The translations under genes and the position numbers were made by a program. This document shows positions 45,310 to 55,957 of a stretch of DNA of 64,000 bases, piece after piece (position 1 is the stretch's first letter; every line of letters begins with the position of its first letter). Where the stretch lies: assembly GCA_018819225.1 (NCBI GenBank), contig JAHJQN010000004.1, positions 160,001 to 224,000 on the forward strand, in the 5' to 3' direction. The stretch comes from Candidatus Micrarchaeota archaeon. GTDB lineage: Archaea; Micrarchaeota; Micrarchaeia; Norongarragalinales; SBBD01. Under the pieces are notes generated by a model, which was not told the origin of the DNA, made no database searches, and saw only the letters and a program-made list of their open reading frames with translations.

Positions 45310-47055
45310 ATGGCTGATTCGGCTTACCTATCCAAAATCGCGGGACCGGTGGTAGAAGCGACCAGCATCCGCGGATCTCAAATTAACGAACTGGTTCGAG
45401 TGGGGAGCGATCAGCTCATGGGCGAGATCGTCGCGCTAAAGGAAGATCGCGCGACCATTCAAGTCTATGAAGATACGAGTGGCTTGCGGCCCGGAGAAAA
45501 AGTCGAGCGGACGGAACAGCCGTTAAGCGTGGAATTAGGACCCGGATTACTTTCGGGAATTTTTGATGGAATTCAACGCCCGCTGGATCGCATCAAGGAA
45601 ATGGCGGGCGATTACATTCCGAGAGGCATTGATGTCCCTGCACTGAATCGGAAAAAGAAGTGGACGTTCAAGGCATCCGTGAAAAAAGGGGATAGCGTCA
45701 AGGCAGGAGACGTGCTCGGAACCGTCAAGGAATTTGATTTCGAGCACCGGATTCTCGTCCCGTACGGGTTCGAGGGAGCGGTGAGTGACGTCAGGGACGG
45801 AGAGTTTACGGTGACTCAAAGCATTGCAAGCGTGGGAAAGAAGGATGTGACGATGATGCAGAAGTGGGGGGTGCGCACGCCGCGAAAGTCCAAGGAGAAA
45901 CTGCGCATCGATCGGCCGTTAATTACCGGGAAGCGTATTGTGGACACGTTCTTCCCGATTGCCAAAGGAGGGGTGGCGGCCATTCCCGGACCATTCGGAA
46001 GCGGTAAAACCGTTACCCAACAAGATTTGGCGAAGTATGCGGATGCGGATTTGATTGTGTACGTGGGATGCGGAGAGCGCGGGAACGAAATGACGGACGT
46101 GTTGTTCGAGTTCCCGAAGCTGCTGGACCCCAAGAACAAGAAACCGCTCATGAACCGAACCGTTTTGATCGCGAACACGAGCAACATGCCGGTCGCCGCC
46201 CGGGAAGCCAGCATTTACACGGGGATCACGATTGCCGAGTATTATCGGGATATGGGTTATGACGTGGCGTTGATGGCGGATTCAACGAGCCGGTGGGCTG
46301 AAGCCATGAGAGAAATTTCAGGTCGCATGGAGGAAATGCCGGGGGAGGAAGGGTATCCGGCATACCTGGCCAAGCGTTTAGCGGAATTCTACGAGCGCGC
46401 GGGAAGAGTGCGCTGCCTGGGAACCAAAGACAGGTTCGGAAGCGTATCCGTTATCGGTGCCGTATCGCCGCCTGGAGGCGACATTTCGGAACCGGTTTCT
46501 CAATCCACGCTGCGCGTGACGAAAGTATTTTGGGCGTTGGACGCCGATTTGTCGCGTCGCAGACATTACCCGGCGATTCACTGGTTGAAAAGCTATTCGT
46601 TGTATTTAGACGATCTCGAGAAATGGTATTTGGAGAACGTGGCCAGTGATTTTTACCAGATTCGCGGACAGTGCATGGCCTTGCTGCAGAAAGAAGCGGA
46701 ACTGCAGAACATCGTGCAATTGATTGGGCCGGACGCATTGCCGGACAAGGAGCGTTTGGTATTGGAAGTCACGAAAATGATTCGGGAAGATTTCTTGCAG
46801 CAGAACTCGTTTGAAGAGATTGACGTGTATTCCTCGTTGAAAAAACAGCACCTCATGTTGAAAACCATTCTCAAGTTCTATGACAAGGCGGAGCAAGCGC
46901 TGAAAATGGATGTGACGTTGGATCGCGTGTTGTTGGCGAAAGAGCGGCAGGTCATTGCCGGATTGAAACGGTTGAAGGATGAGGAAACCGTGAAGGCCGC
47001 GAACGGCGCCATGAAGAGCTTGGAGACCTCTTTCGGAAAAGGGGAAAAGAAATGA
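45310..47055 (+). CDS. atpA: A-type ATP synthase subunit A
   Basis: [26 protein letters not shown]; no intein. Confidence 0.97.
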   Translation: MADSAYLSKIAGPVVEATSIRGSQINELVRVGSDQLMGEIVALKEDRATIQVYEDTSGLRPGEKVERTEQPLSVELGPGLLSGIFDGIQRPLDRIKEMAGDYIPRGIDVPALNRKKKWTFKASVKKGDSVKAGDVLGTVKEFDFEHRILVPYGFEGAVSDVRDGEFTVTQSIASVGKKDVTMMQKWGVRTPRKSKEKLRIDRPLITGKRIVDTFFPIAKGGVAAIPGPFGSGKTVTQQDLAKYADADLIVYVGCGERGNEMTDVLFEFPKLLDPKNKKPLMNRTVLIANTSNMPVAAREASIYTGITIAEYYRDMGYDVALMADSTSRWAEAMREISGRMEEMPGEEGYPAYLAKRLAEFYERAGRVRCLGTKDRFGSVSVIGAVSPPGGDISEPVSQSTLRVTKVFWALDADLSRRRHYPAIHWLKSYSLYLDDLEKWYLENVASDFYQIRGQCMALLQKEAELQNIVQLIGPDALPDKERLVLEVTKMIREDFLQQNSFEEIDVYSSLKKQHLMLKTILKFYDKAEQALKMDVTLDRVLLAKERQVIAGLKRLKDEETVKAANGAMKSLETSFGKGEKK

Positions 47056-48500
47056 TTAAGGAGTACCAAACCGTGCGGGAAATCTTCGGGCCGATTGTCT
47101 ACGTCGAGGGCGTGGAGAATGCGGGGTACGGGGAAACCGTGGAAATCATTCTGCCGGACGGCACGAAAAAGAAGGGGCAAGTGCTTGAAACGCGTAAAGG
47201 GTTGGCGGCCGTACAAATCTTCGGTAACACGGAAGGGTTGGATACCCAGGAAACGCGCATTCGTTTTACAGGGGATACGTTGCGGTTGGGCGTTTCCGAG
47301 GACATGCTGGGACGCGTGTTCAATGGAAGCGGTGACCCCATCGACAAGGGATCACCCATCATCAGCAAGGAAAAGTCCGATATCAATGGTTCGGCATTGA
47401 ATCCAGTGGCGCGGGACGAGCCCAAGGAATTCATTCAAACCGGCATCTCGACCATCGACACGATGAACACGTTAGTGCGGGGTCAAAAACTCCCGATTTT
47501 CTCGGGAAGCGGTTTGCCCCACAATGAGATTGCCGTGCAGATCGCGAGACAGGCAACGGTTCTCGGAAAGGAGGAAGCGTTTACCGTCGTGTTCGGAGCC
47601 ATGGGAATTACGCACTCGGAAGCCTCCTTCTTCATGCAAAACTTTGAAAAAACCGGGGCCTTGGAACGAGCGGTCTTGTTCTTGAATTTGGCGAACGATC
47701 CGTCCATTGAACGATTGATTACGCCGCGATTGGCGTTAACCACGGCCGAATACTTGGCGTTCGAAAAAGATTATCAGGTGCTGGTTATCCTCACGGATAT
47801 GACGAATTACTGCGATTCGCTGCGCGAAATTGCGGCGGCACGACAGGAAGTGCCGGGACGACGGGGATACCCGGGATACATGTACACGGATTTGGCCAAT
47901 ATTTACGAGAGGGCCGGACGCGTGCGCGGCAAAAAAGGAAGCATTACCCAGCTCCCGATCCTGGCGATGCCGGACGATGACATTACGCATCCGATCCCGG
48001 ACTTGACGGGATACATTACGGAAGGACAAATCGTGTTGTCGCGCGATTTGTATCGAAAAAACATTTATCCGTGCATAGACGTGTTGCCGTCGCTATCGCG
48101 ATTAATGAATGCAGGAATCGGAAAAGGCAAAACGCGGGAAGATCACGCCGGAATTTCATCGCAACTGTACGCGTCGTACGCGGAAGGAAGGGATTTAAGA
48201 AACTTGGTCGCGGTCGTCGGGGAAGAAGCGTTGACGGAACGGGATAAGAAGTTCCTGAAGTTTGCTGACTTGTTCGAGAAACGGTTCGTGACGCAAGAAC
48301 GCATGGAAAATCGCGGGATCGAAGAGTCATTGGATCTGGGATGGGAGCTGGCGAGCCTGCTTCCGGAAGAAGAGCTCAAACGCGTTAAACCGGAACACCA
48401 AGAGAAGTACGGGAAAAAGTTCCGGGGATCCGACCCTGAAAAGAACGTCGTGGAACACGAGGAACGCCAGGCCGCCAAACAGGAAGCGCGACCCCCGTGA
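47052..48500 (+). CDS. atpB: A-type ATP synthase subunit B
   Basis: [28 protein letters not shown]. Confidence 0.97.
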   Translation: MIKEYQTVREIFGPIVYVEGVENAGYGETVEIILPDGTKKKGQVLETRKGLAAVQIFGNTEGLDTQETRIRFTGDTLRLGVSEDMLGRVFNGSGDPIDKGSPIISKEKSDINGSALNPVARDEPKEFIQTGISTIDTMNTLVRGQKLPIFSGSGLPHNEIAVQIARQATVLGKEEAFTVVFGAMGITHSEASFFMQNFEKTGALERAVLFLNLANDPSIERLITPRLALTTAEYLAFEKDYQVLVILTDMTNYCDSLREIAAARQEVPGRRGYPGYMYTDLANIYERAGRVRGKKGSITQLPILAMPDDDITHPIPDLTGYITEGQIVLSRDLYRKNIYPCIDVLPSLSRLMNAGIGKGKTREDHAGISSQLYASYAEGRDLRNLVAVVGEEALTERDKKFLKFADLFEKRFVTQERMENRGIEESLDLGWELASLLPEEELKRVKPEHQEKYGKKFRGSDPEKNVVEHEERQAAKQEARPP

Positions 48501-48503
48501 AAA

Positions 48504-49169
48504 CTATTTGGGGACAACGCATTCGCCGTATCCGCTCGCCGGAACGCCCAAATGGTGCAGGCACGTATAACCCGACGGGCATAGCAGAGAGGTGACGCCT
48601 CCGCACGCCATACCCTCGCTGGATTGAGAAACGAGCGGTTCGTTATTGAATGAAACGTGCACGGCATCCACGCGGTTATATACGGGGAGTACGGCGGAAT
48701 AATGGGCGTTGCCCGTGCAGTCCTTGCATAACGCCGGATTCTCTGCAATCGTAATAAAGTTCACGGTGAGCTCCCGGTTTTTTAATTCCCATTCCGCGTT
48801 CGCGTAATGGGGACACGTCGTCATACCGCGGACCACTGCAACGTATACGCCGTTGGAACGCCCGGAAATAATATTTCGGTTCATTTGGGGGCCGCAAGAG
48901 GATTGGACGCGCGCGGAAAGAACGCCGTTTCGATGCGGACCCGGAGGAACCGGGGTGGGAGTCACGTATTGCCAGGGATCCGGAACCCAGTAGACCAGAG
49001 ATTGACTGCGATCACCGCGGGCGGGATACGTGGGAATGGAGGTGGGTTCGATAGTGGACAAGACCGCGTGAGGTTCGGATTCCGTTGGAACTTTTTCCGA
49101 GGAAGCGACTTGAAGACAACCCGATAGGTATAAGGCGAAAATCAATAAGGAGAAGGTTGCGATCTGCAT
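48504..49169 (-). CDS. Lipoprotein with Cys-rich C-terminal domain
   Basis: Lipobox LSGC; CGG...CPSGYTC...GEC. Confidence 0.7.
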   Translation of the reverse strand: MQIATFSLLIFALYLSGCLQVASSEKVPTESEPHAVLSTIEPTSIPTYPARGDRSQSLVYWVPDPWQYVTPTPVPPGPHRNGVLSARVQSSCGPQMNRNIISGRSNGVYVAVVRGMTTCPHYANAEWELKNRELTVNFITIAENPALCKDCTGNAHYSAVLPVYNRVDAVHVSFNNEPLVSQSSEGMACGGVTSLLCPSGYTCLHHLGVPASGYGECVVPK

Positions 49170-49300
49170 AACAGTCCGTAGACCATTCCAATCACAACCT
49201 TTATAAAGTATTTTCAGTACTTAGATGTTTCCGTCTCGTTGGATGGACTCCACCGGAGGGTTGAAAGCAACCGCGACGATTGCTCGAAAGCTGAGAGCCT

Positions 49301-49576
49301 ATGGATCCCAATGTAAAGGCGTTCCTGCTCTCGGAATTCATTGGAGAAATGGTCCGCGTTCAAACCAGTAGTTGCAGAGACTTGCAAGGTGTCGAAGGCT
49401 TAATCCTGGACGAGACGAAATACACGTTCTTGCTGCATACCAGCAAAAAGCGTAAACGCGTTCCCAAAGCAGGTAACACGTTCTATTTTCCCGAAAGGAA
49501 AGTGGAAGCGAAAGGCTCTCTGTTGCTTTACAGGCCGGAGGACCGAACCAAGCTGTTGGGACGACGACTCCGATAA
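49301..49576 (+). CDS. rnp1: RNase P protein component 1 (Rpp29)
   Basis: EFIG..V, GLILDETK, VPK, RPEDR; upstream of uS17. Confidence 0.92.
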   Translation: MDPNVKAFLLSEFIGEMVRVQTSSCRDLQGVEGLILDETKYTFLLHTSKKRKRVPKAGNTFYFPERKVEAKGSLLLYRPEDRTKLLGRRLR

Positions 49577-49589
49577 GCGAGTGAACGAT

Positions 49590-49910
49590 ATGGCGAAGGA
49601 AATAACGCCTTCTCCCGAGAAGAAGGCATCCAAAACAGAATGCGCGGACCGACGGTGCCCAAAACACGGCGGCCTGAAGACGCATGGACGCATTTTTGAA
49701 GGCGTCGTGTCCAGTACGAAGGCGCCGAGTACGGCGAGCATCGTCATCTCGTTCCACCGGAAGGTCCCGAAGTACGAGCGGTTGGAAAAACGCCGCAGTA
49801 AATTGCACGTTCATATTCCCGCTTGCAGGACCGTCAAAGAAGGCGACCGCATCAAAATCATGGAAACCCGCAAGCTCAGCAAGACCAAGAATTTTGTTAT
49901 CATTGATTAA
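49590..49910 (+). CDS. rps17p: 30S ribosomal protein uS17
   Basis: CPKHG, PKYER, RKLSKTKNF. Confidence 0.95.
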   Translation: MAKEITPSPEKKASKTECADRRCPKHGGLKTHGRIFEGVVSSTKAPSTASIVISFHRKVPKYERLEKRRSKLHVHIPACRTVKEGDRIKIMETRKLSKTKNFVIID

Positions 49911-49920
49911 GGAATGGCGT

Positions 49921-50316
49921 ATGCTCGGAATGCCTGCTCGAATCACCAAAGCGTTGACCACGAAGAGTCGGCTCATCTGCGACGACAACAGCGGCGCAAA
50001 AATCGTGGAAATCATTAACGTGAAAGGCGCGAAGGCGCGTGCGCGACGCTATCCCAAAGCGGGGATTGGCGACATCGTGATGGTGGCGGTCAAGAAAGGA
50101 AAACCGGAGATGGTCAAGCGAAAAGAATTGGCCGTCATCGTGCGCCAGAAAAAAGAATTTCGTAGAGGAAAAGGACGCGTTAAGTTCGAGGACAACGCCT
50201 GCGTATTAATCGATGATCAGAACTTGCCGAAAGGAACCGAAATCAAGGGAGCCATCGCGCGTGAAATCGCGGACCGTTTCCCGAAAGTCGTGGCCATTGC
50301 CGCATCGGTCGTGTGA
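49921..50316 (+). CDS. rpl14p: 50S ribosomal protein uL14
   Basis: CDDNSGAK, VKFEDNA, PKGTEIKG. Confidence 0.95.
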   Translation: MLGMPARITKALTTKSRLICDDNSGAKIVEIINVKGAKARARRYPKAGIGDIVMVAVKKGKPEMVKRKELAVIVRQKKEFRRGKGRVKFEDNACVLIDDQNLPKGTEIKGAIAREIADRFPKVVAIAASVV

Positions 50317-50329
50317 GGAGAAACGATTC

Positions 50330-50737
50330 ATGAAATTGAATGCAACGATTACCAAACAACCGCGAAAGAAGCGCAAGGCCTTCTATCAAGGCGGGCTTCA
50401 TCTCAAGCAGAAGAGCATTCACGTGCACTTGAGTAAGGACTTGAAAAAGAAATTCAACAAACGCTCCATGCTGGCGAAAAAAGGGGACACGGTGCGAGTG
50501 ATGCGCGGCACCTTCCGAAAACGGGAAGGAAAGATTTCAAGCGTGGACACCAAACACGTGCAAGTGTTCGTGGAAGGCGTGATTCGCAAGCGTCAAGCGG
50601 GTCAAGAAGTATTGGCCGCTTTTCATCCATCGAACCTCGTTATGTCAGAATATCAAGAACCGAAACACAAGATCAAGAAAAGCAAAAAGAAGGCGGTCAA
50701 ACAGGAGACGGCTTCAAAATTGGAAATGAAAAGGTGA
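50330..50737 (+). CDS. rpl24p: 50S ribosomal protein uL24
   Basis: KQPRKKRK, KGDTVRVMRG, HPSN. Confidence 0.95.
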   Translation: MKLNATITKQPRKKRKAFYQGGLHLKQKSIHVHLSKDLKKKFNKRSMLAKKGDTVRVMRGTFRKREGKISSVDTKHVQVFVEGVIRKRQAGQEVLAAFHPSNLVMSEYQEPKHKIKKSKKKAVKQETASKLEMKR

Positions 50738-50745
50738 ATTGGGAG

Positions 50746-51468
50746 ATGGCCCGCCATGGCAACTATCGACACTTGAAACGACTGGCTAAGAGCAAAGCGA
50801 TTAAGATACCGAAAAAAGGAATGGTTTGGCTCGCGAAATCCGAACCCGGAAAGCACGAGAAAAACCATTGCATGCCGTTAGTGGTGCTCCTGCGGGATGT
50901 CATGAAGCTCACTAAAAACGCGTCGGAAACCAAGACCGTGTTGAATGCGGGCCACGTGCTCGTCGATGGAGTCGTACAGAGAAAAACGGACGTCGGGATC
51001 GGTCTCATGGACATCGTGTCGTTCCCGAAACTCAAGAAGCATTACCAGATCTTTATGGTGAGGGGAGCGTTGGCCCCCGTCGAAATCTCGGATAACGAGG
51101 CGAAATTCAAGTCCTGCCGAGTCGTCAACAAAACGTTGATTAGCGGAAACAAGGTGCAATTGAACTTGCACGATGGACGCAACGTGATTATTGAAAAAGA
51201 GGAGGACCGCTTCCGGGTAGGGGATACGGTTCGCGTCACGATTCCGGACAACAAAATAGACTTGTTTATCAAGCTGGAGAAAGGCGTCAAATGCTACATT
51301 TTCAAAGGAAAGCACTCCGGCACGATCGGAGTCCTTGAAGAGATCGTGGCGATGCCCGGAGGACTGCCGTCGCAAGCCCATTTAAGCCTGGACGGTAAGC
51401 AGCTCATCACCCAAAAAAATTACTTGTTTGCCGTCGCGAAAGATTTTCCAGGAGTTGAAACGAAATGA
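50746..51468 (+). CDS. rps4e: 30S ribosomal protein eS4
   Basis: HLKRLA, PGKH, GLMDIV, QLNLHDGRN. Confidence 0.95.
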   Translation: MARHGNYRHLKRLAKSKAIKIPKKGMVWLAKSEPGKHEKNHCMPLVVLLRDVMKLTKNASETKTVLNAGHVLVDGVVQRKTDVGIGLMDIVSFPKLKKHYQIFMVRGALAPVEISDNEAKFKSCRVVNKTLISGNKVQLNLHDGRNVIIEKEEDRFRVGDTVRVTIPDNKIDLFIKLEKGVKCYIFKGKHSGTIGVLEEIVAMPGGLPSQAHLSLDGKQLITQKNYLFAVAKDFPGVETK

Positions 51469-51989
51469 ATCCCATGGAGGCCGTACGCCTCGAAAAAGTG
51501 ACGTTGAATATCGGCATTGGAGGCGCCGGCGAGCGGCTGGACCAGGCGAAAGCGTTACTCGAACGCATTGCCAACCGAAAATCGATTTACACGCGAGCGA
51601 AAGCACGCAATTCAACGTTTAAAGTCCGGAAAGGACAGCCGATCGGAGTGAAGACGACGCTACGGGGAACCAATGCAAAGGAAGTGCTCACGCGTTGTCT
51701 GGAAACACTGGACAATCTGCTTCGAACCACGAATTTCGATCGGTTTGGAAACGTGTCCTTTGGAATCAAGGAATACATTGACGTCCCGGGATTGAAATAT
51801 GATCCGAAAATCGGTATGATGGGTTTCGACGTGAGCGTGACGCTGGCCAAACCAGGAAAACGCGTGTCGAGACGACGGATTGCCAAACGCAGGCTATCCA
51901 TGAAACAGCGCGTGACCCCGCAGGAAGCCAAGGCCTACGTGGAAACGACGTACGGCGTCAAAGTCGAAGAACCCGAGGAAGAAGAATAA
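51465..51989 (+). CDS. rpl5p: 50S ribosomal protein uL5
   Basis: MNPM..V.LEKVTLNIG, FD.FGN.SFGI, KYDPKIG. Confidence 0.95.
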   Translation: MNPMEAVRLEKVTLNIGIGGAGERLDQAKALLERIANRKSIYTRAKARNSTFKVRKGQPIGVKTTLRGTNAKEVLTRCLETLDNLLRTTNFDRFGNVSFGIKEYIDVPGLKYDPKIGMMGFDVSVTLAKPGKRVSRRRIAKRRLSMKQRVTPQEAKAYVETTYGVKVEEPEEEE

Positions 51990-52000
51990 AGGTGTGTTGG

Positions 52001-52162
52001 ATGACGAAGCTAAGCGTGGATTTGAAATTTAAACACCGCGGAAGACGCAAGTGCAAGTTCTGTGGAAACGTCAGCGGATTGATCCGCAAATACAACTTGT
52101 ACGTTTGCCGAAAATGTTTCCGCGATAAAGCCGTTGAATTCGGTTTCAAAAAATTCGGTTGA
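52001..52162 (+). CDS. rps14p: 30S ribosomal protein uS14 (Zn-binding)
   Basis: Manual translation ...RKCKFCGNVSGLIRKYNLYVCRKCFRDKAVEFGFKKFG*; below the ORF-track cutoff. Confidence 0.93.
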   Translation: MTKLSVDLKFKHRGRRKCKFCGNVSGLIRKYNLYVCRKCFRDKAVEFGFKKFG

Positions 52163-52554
52163 TGGATATGACGGACACCCTCGCCAACGTATTGAACACC
52201 ATGAAGGTCGCGGAAATTCGAGGCAAGCAAGACACGCTCGTCCGGCCCGCTTCCAAAATGATCCGCAGCGTACTGGAAATCTTGAAGGAAGAAGGGTACA
52301 TCGATGAATTCGAGCTGCTGAACAACGGATTGGACGGAGAGTTTTCCGTGAAACTGAGTGGAAAGATAAATGCGTGCGGAGCCGTGAAGCCGCGCTTCCC
52401 CGTTAAAACAAGTGATTGGGAAAAATATGAATCGCGATTTCTCCCCGCCAAAGGAATGGGAATCTTACTGGTATCCACGTCCAAAGGCATTGTAACGCAC
52501 CAGAAAGCAAAGGAACAGAATGCGGGTGGACGATTGATCGCGTACGTGTATTAA
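52162..52554 (+). CDS. rps8p: 30S ribosomal protein uS8
   Basis: DTLANVL, INACGAVKPRF, STSKG, GGRLIAYVY. Confidence 0.95.
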   Translation: MDMTDTLANVLNTMKVAEIRGKQDTLVRPASKMIRSVLEILKEEGYIDEFELLNNGLDGEFSVKLSGKINACGAVKPRFPVKTSDWEKYESRFLPAKGMGILLVSTSKGIVTHQKAKEQNAGGRLIAYVY

Positions 52555-52564
52555 GGGATTGAAC

Positions 52565-53074
52565 ATGATTTTAGAGTTGCCAAGCAACGTATCCGTCGAA
52601 GTCCAAGGTATGCGGATCGCCATCAAAACCCCGAAAGGAGAGGCGACGGTTAAATTTAACACGCGATTCACTTCCGTTAAAAAAAATGAGAAGGGACTGG
52701 AAATTCTTCCGGCTCGAAAGGAAAACCGTGCGTCGAAAGCGGCCATGAACAGCTTCAAGAAACACATTCAAAACGCCATCCAAGGATTGGAAACGCCTTT
52801 CCAAAAGAAAATGCGCATCATATTTGCCCACTTTCCAATTTCCATCGAGGTTAAGGGCAATGAAATCTTGGTCAAGAATTTCCTGGGTGAAAAGGTGCCG
52901 CGCGTGGCCTACATCCAAGGAAACACGAAAGTGGAGATTAGGGGCCAGGAGGTTATCGTGAGTGGAAACAGCAAGGACGATGTGGGTCAAACCGCGGCCA
53001 ACATCAGAAAATCCGGACGCATTCGAAGAAAAGACGAACGCGTGTTCCAAGACGGCATTTACTACGATGAATAG
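52565..53074 (+). CDS. rpl6p: 50S ribosomal protein uL6
   Basis: AHFPI, NFLGEK, VGQTAANI, DERVFQDGIY. Confidence 0.95.
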   Translation: MILELPSNVSVEVQGMRIAIKTPKGEATVKFNTRFTSVKKNEKGLEILPARKENRASKAAMNSFKKHIQNAIQGLETPFQKKMRIIFAHFPISIEVKGNEILVKNFLGEKVPRVAYIQGNTKVEIRGQEVIVSGNSKDDVGQTAANIRKSGRIRRKDERVFQDGIYYDE

Positions 53075-53077
53075 GTC

Positions 53078-53422
53078 ATGATCATGAAGAAACATCCAAA
53101 ATTCCAACGCCCGAACCTGTCCGGTCGCAACATCAAGAAACGCGTCAAAGACTCGTGGAGGAAGCCGCGGGGTATTGACAGCAAACAGCGTCAAAAGCTC
53201 AAGTGGGCGGGAGCGGTCGTTAAAATCGGTTATCGAAGTCCGAGAAGCGAGCGCGGGAAACACCCGAAAGGGTTGCCGGAAGTCCTCGTGCATAATTTGA
53301 AGGAATTGGAACTCGTCAAAGGAAATACGGTGGTGATCCGGTTGGGAGGAGCCCTCTCAAAGAGAAACAAAATAGTGCTAAGAACGAAAGCGAAAGAAAA
53401 CAAGATGCATGTCGTCAACTAA
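53078..53422 (+). CDS. rpl32e: 50S ribosomal protein eL32
   Basis: WRKPRGIDSK, GYRSP, HPKG. Confidence 0.95.
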   Translation: MIMKKHPKFQRPNLSGRNIKKRVKDSWRKPRGIDSKQRQKLKWAGAVVKIGYRSPRSERGKHPKGLPEVLVHNLKELELVKGNTVVIRLGGALSKRNKIVLRTKAKENKMHVVN

Positions 53423-53439
53423 TGAAGGAGATCCCGGTT

Positions 53440-53886
53440 ATGGCTATACATACGGTTCGAAGACTGGCGGCGAAGATTTGGAGAAGCGGCGAGTCCCGCG
53501 TTCGGATTATGGACGCGAAGCGCGCGGGCGAAGCGTTGACGACGGAAGACGTGAAACAATTGATTGAAGAAAAAGTCGTTATTCTGCTACCCAAACAAGG
53601 CGTTTCGAGAGGAAAAGCGCGCATCAAGCAATCCCGGAAAAAAATGGGGAGAGGTCGCGGTAAGGGAAGCCGTAAAGGCTCGAAATATGCCGGAATTTCC
53701 AAAAAAGACCGCTGGATTCGTAAAGTCCGAGCGCAACGAAGGCTGTTGAAATCCCGACAGGGAAAAATCCCGAATGCGGTGTACCGAAGCACGTACCGAA
53801 TGATCAAGGGTAACGCGTTCCCCGACAAGAAGCGTCTGGAGGACTATTTGAAGAAAATGGCGCCCATTAAAGGTGAAAAAGCGTGA
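53440..53886 (+). CDS. rpl19e: 50S ribosomal protein eL19
   Basis: RRLAAKI, GRGRGKGSRKG, YRMIKGNAF (alternative start 53422). Confidence 0.93.
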   Translation: MAIHTVRRLAAKIWRSGESRVRIMDAKRAGEALTTEDVKQLIEEKVVILLPKQGVSRGKARIKQSRKKMGRGRGKGSRKGSKYAGISKKDRWIRKVRAQRRLLKSRQGKIPNAVYRSTYRMIKGNAFPDKKRLEDYLKKMAPIKGEKA

Positions 53887-54386
53887 CCGAAGCAACTGGA
53901 GCCATATTTGATGTCCATTTTCGGAGGAGACGAGAAGGAAAGACGGATTACGTGAAGCGTCTTCACCACCTGAAATCCAGGAAAACGCGATTGATTGTGC
54001 GTCGAACGAATCGATTCATCATCGTGGCATTTGCCCAATATGATCCGAAAGGCGACCACATCATCGTGTCCAGGACCTCGAAAGAACTCAAGAAGATGGG
54101 CTTCGACGGGAAATGCAATGTTCCGTCAGCCTACTTAACCGCGTATTGGTGCGCCAAAGAAGCGCAAAAGAAGAACGTGAAGGACGCCATTCTGGACATG
54201 GGGTTGCATGCCGCCACAAAAGGAAACGTGATTTTTGCGGCGCTGAAAGGCGCGGTGGATGGAGGCATTGCCATACCGATGGGTAACGACATTGCGCCGT
54301 CCGATGACCGGATCAAAGGAAAGCACTTGAATGAAACGTTGCAGAATCAATTCGACGAATCCAAGAAGAAAATCGACGCTTCGTGA
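53883..54386 (+). CDS. rpl18p: 50S ribosomal protein uL18
   Basis: RRRREGKTDY, N.PSAYLT, FAALKGAVDGG. Confidence 0.95.
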   Translation: MTEATGAIFDVHFRRRREGKTDYVKRLHHLKSRKTRLIVRRTNRFIIVAFAQYDPKGDHIIVSRTSKELKKMGFDGKCNVPSAYLTAYWCAKEAQKKNVKDAILDMGLHAATKGNVIFAALKGAVDGGIAIPMGNDIAPSDDRIKGKHLNETLQNQFDESKKKIDAS

Positions 54387-54401
54387 ACAGGGGGATGACT
54401 T

Positions 54402-55238
54402 TTGGCAGAACGAGAATATCGAAAACGAACGATTGAAGCCCCTCCGTGGGTACCGCGAACGGAACTCGGAAAAAAGGTAGCCGCGGGACTGGTTACGAGT
54501 ATCGATGAAGTCCTTAAAAGTGGAAAACCCATTCTGGAGACACAAATCGTGGACGCGTTGCTCCCCGACTTAAGGGAAGAGGTGCTGGATGTCACGAACA
54601 CGCAACGCATGACCTCCTACGGGCGAAAGATGACCATGCGCGCCATTGTGATCATCGGAAATCAGCGCGGATACGTTGGAGCCGGTGTCGGAAAATCGGC
54701 GGAAGCACGAGATGCCATTCAAGAAGCCATTACGGATGCAAAGAAAAATATCGTTAAAGTCATGTTGGGATGCGGTTCATGGGAATGCGGTTGCGGAACC
54801 CCCCACAGTATTCTTCACAAAGGCAGTGGAAAGAGCTCGAGCACATCCATTCAAGTGATTCCGGCACCGAAAGGAGTGGGGATCGTGGCCGGTCAAACCT
54901 CCAAAAAAGTATTGGAACTCGTGGGGATTAAGGACTGCTGGACGTTTACAAAAGGGCGCACCCGCAACATCCTGAACATGGTTCTCGCAACGCTGCACGC
55001 CCTGGATGCATTGAATCATTTCAAGAAAGGAAGAACGTACATGGAACCCGAACCCCTTCACGAAGGCGTGACTCAATCCATTGAACAGACTACGATTGAA
55101 GAGTCCCCGAAGAAAGAAGAAGCACCTGAAAAAGAAATAGCGGAAACCACTCCGAAACCTTCCAAGCCTAAAAAATCGCCCGTCAAGAAAAAAGACGTTG
55201 AAACGGATCAAGAAGTCAAGGAACCCGAGGAGGATTAA
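54402..55238 (+). CDS. rps5p: 30S ribosomal protein uS5
   Basis: WVPRTELG, GCGSWECGCG, PAPKGVG; acidic/Lys tail. Confidence 0.95.
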   Translation: MAEREYRKRTIEAPPWVPRTELGKKVAAGLVTSIDEVLKSGKPILETQIVDALLPDLREEVLDVTNTQRMTSYGRKMTMRAIVIIGNQRGYVGAGVGKSAEARDAIQEAITDAKKNIVKVMLGCGSWECGCGTPHSILHKGSGKSSSTSIQVIPAPKGVGIVAGQTSKKVLELVGIKDCWTFTKGRTRNILNMVLATLHALDALNHFKKGRTYMEPEPLHEGVTQSIEQTTIEESPKKEEAPEKEIAETTPKPSKPKKSPVKKKDVETDQEVKEPEED

Positions 55239-55240
55239 GC

Positions 55241-55711
55241 ATGAGCAACGTATTCGCCATTATTCGCATTCGAGGAAGCATGGAGACCCAACGAACCGTC
55301 GAGAAAGCACTCGTTCAATTGCACCTCACCCGCAAGAACCACTGCGTTTTCATAACGAACACGCCCTCTCACAAAGGAATCCTCCAAAAAGGAAAAGATT
55401 TTTTGACGTGGGGCGAAGTCTCCGCACCCGTTGTTCTTCAATTGTTGCAGAAAAGAGGCCGCGTCGCAGGAGATAGGCCGGTATCAGACGAATACGTGGA
55501 GAAAAACAGTCCGTTCAAGACCCTCAATGAATTGGCGGATGCTCTCGCACAAGGAACGGCGACCATGAAAACCGTGAAGGGATTGCGCCCCATGCTGCGT
55601 TTGTCTCCCCCGTTAAAAGGATTCAAGGCCAGCGTGAAACGCCCGTACCCGAAAGGCGTGTTAGGCTACCGCGGTGCCGACATCGAGAAACTGCTCGCGC
55701 GCATGATGTAA
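55241..55711 (+). CDS. rpl30p: 50S ribosomal protein uL30
   Basis: IRIRG, TWGE, RLSPPLKG, LGYRG. Confidence 0.95.
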   Translation: MSNVFAIIRIRGSMETQRTVEKALVQLHLTRKNHCVFITNTPSHKGILQKGKDFLTWGEVSAPVVLQLLQKRGRVAGDRPVSDEYVEKNSPFKTLNELADALAQGTATMKTVKGLRPMLRLSPPLKGFKASVKRPYPKGVLGYRGADIEKLLARMM

Positions 55712-55875
55712 ACCGTTTGGTTTGGAGATTAAATAGTTCATCACGAATAGCGTGCGCCTTAAACGCAATCCATATAAAACGGGAACGCGTATTCTTGTTA
55801 AGCGTTCATATTGGATAAAGAGGTGGAGCGAGATGAATGGACCAGGCGGGTGTTGTTAGACAAGTGACTTCCCAT

Positions 55876-55908
55876 GCGCGTTTCGGCGCGCCCTTTTTTC
55901 TTTTTTTT
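55876..55908 (+). terminator. GC hairpin (UUCG loop) followed by long T tracts
   Basis: gcgcgt-ttcg-gcgcgc then cc-tttttt-c-tttttttt. Confidence 0.65.
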
Positions 55909-55957
55909 CCATCCACTCGAAGCATACCTTAATATTCTCAATTTTACCTATTTCTAA

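Noticed and set aside
45310-48500. Inteins in ATPase A/B (also checked PolB2 and SufB)
   Set aside because: Lengths are normal and no intein terminal or LAGLIDADG motifs are present
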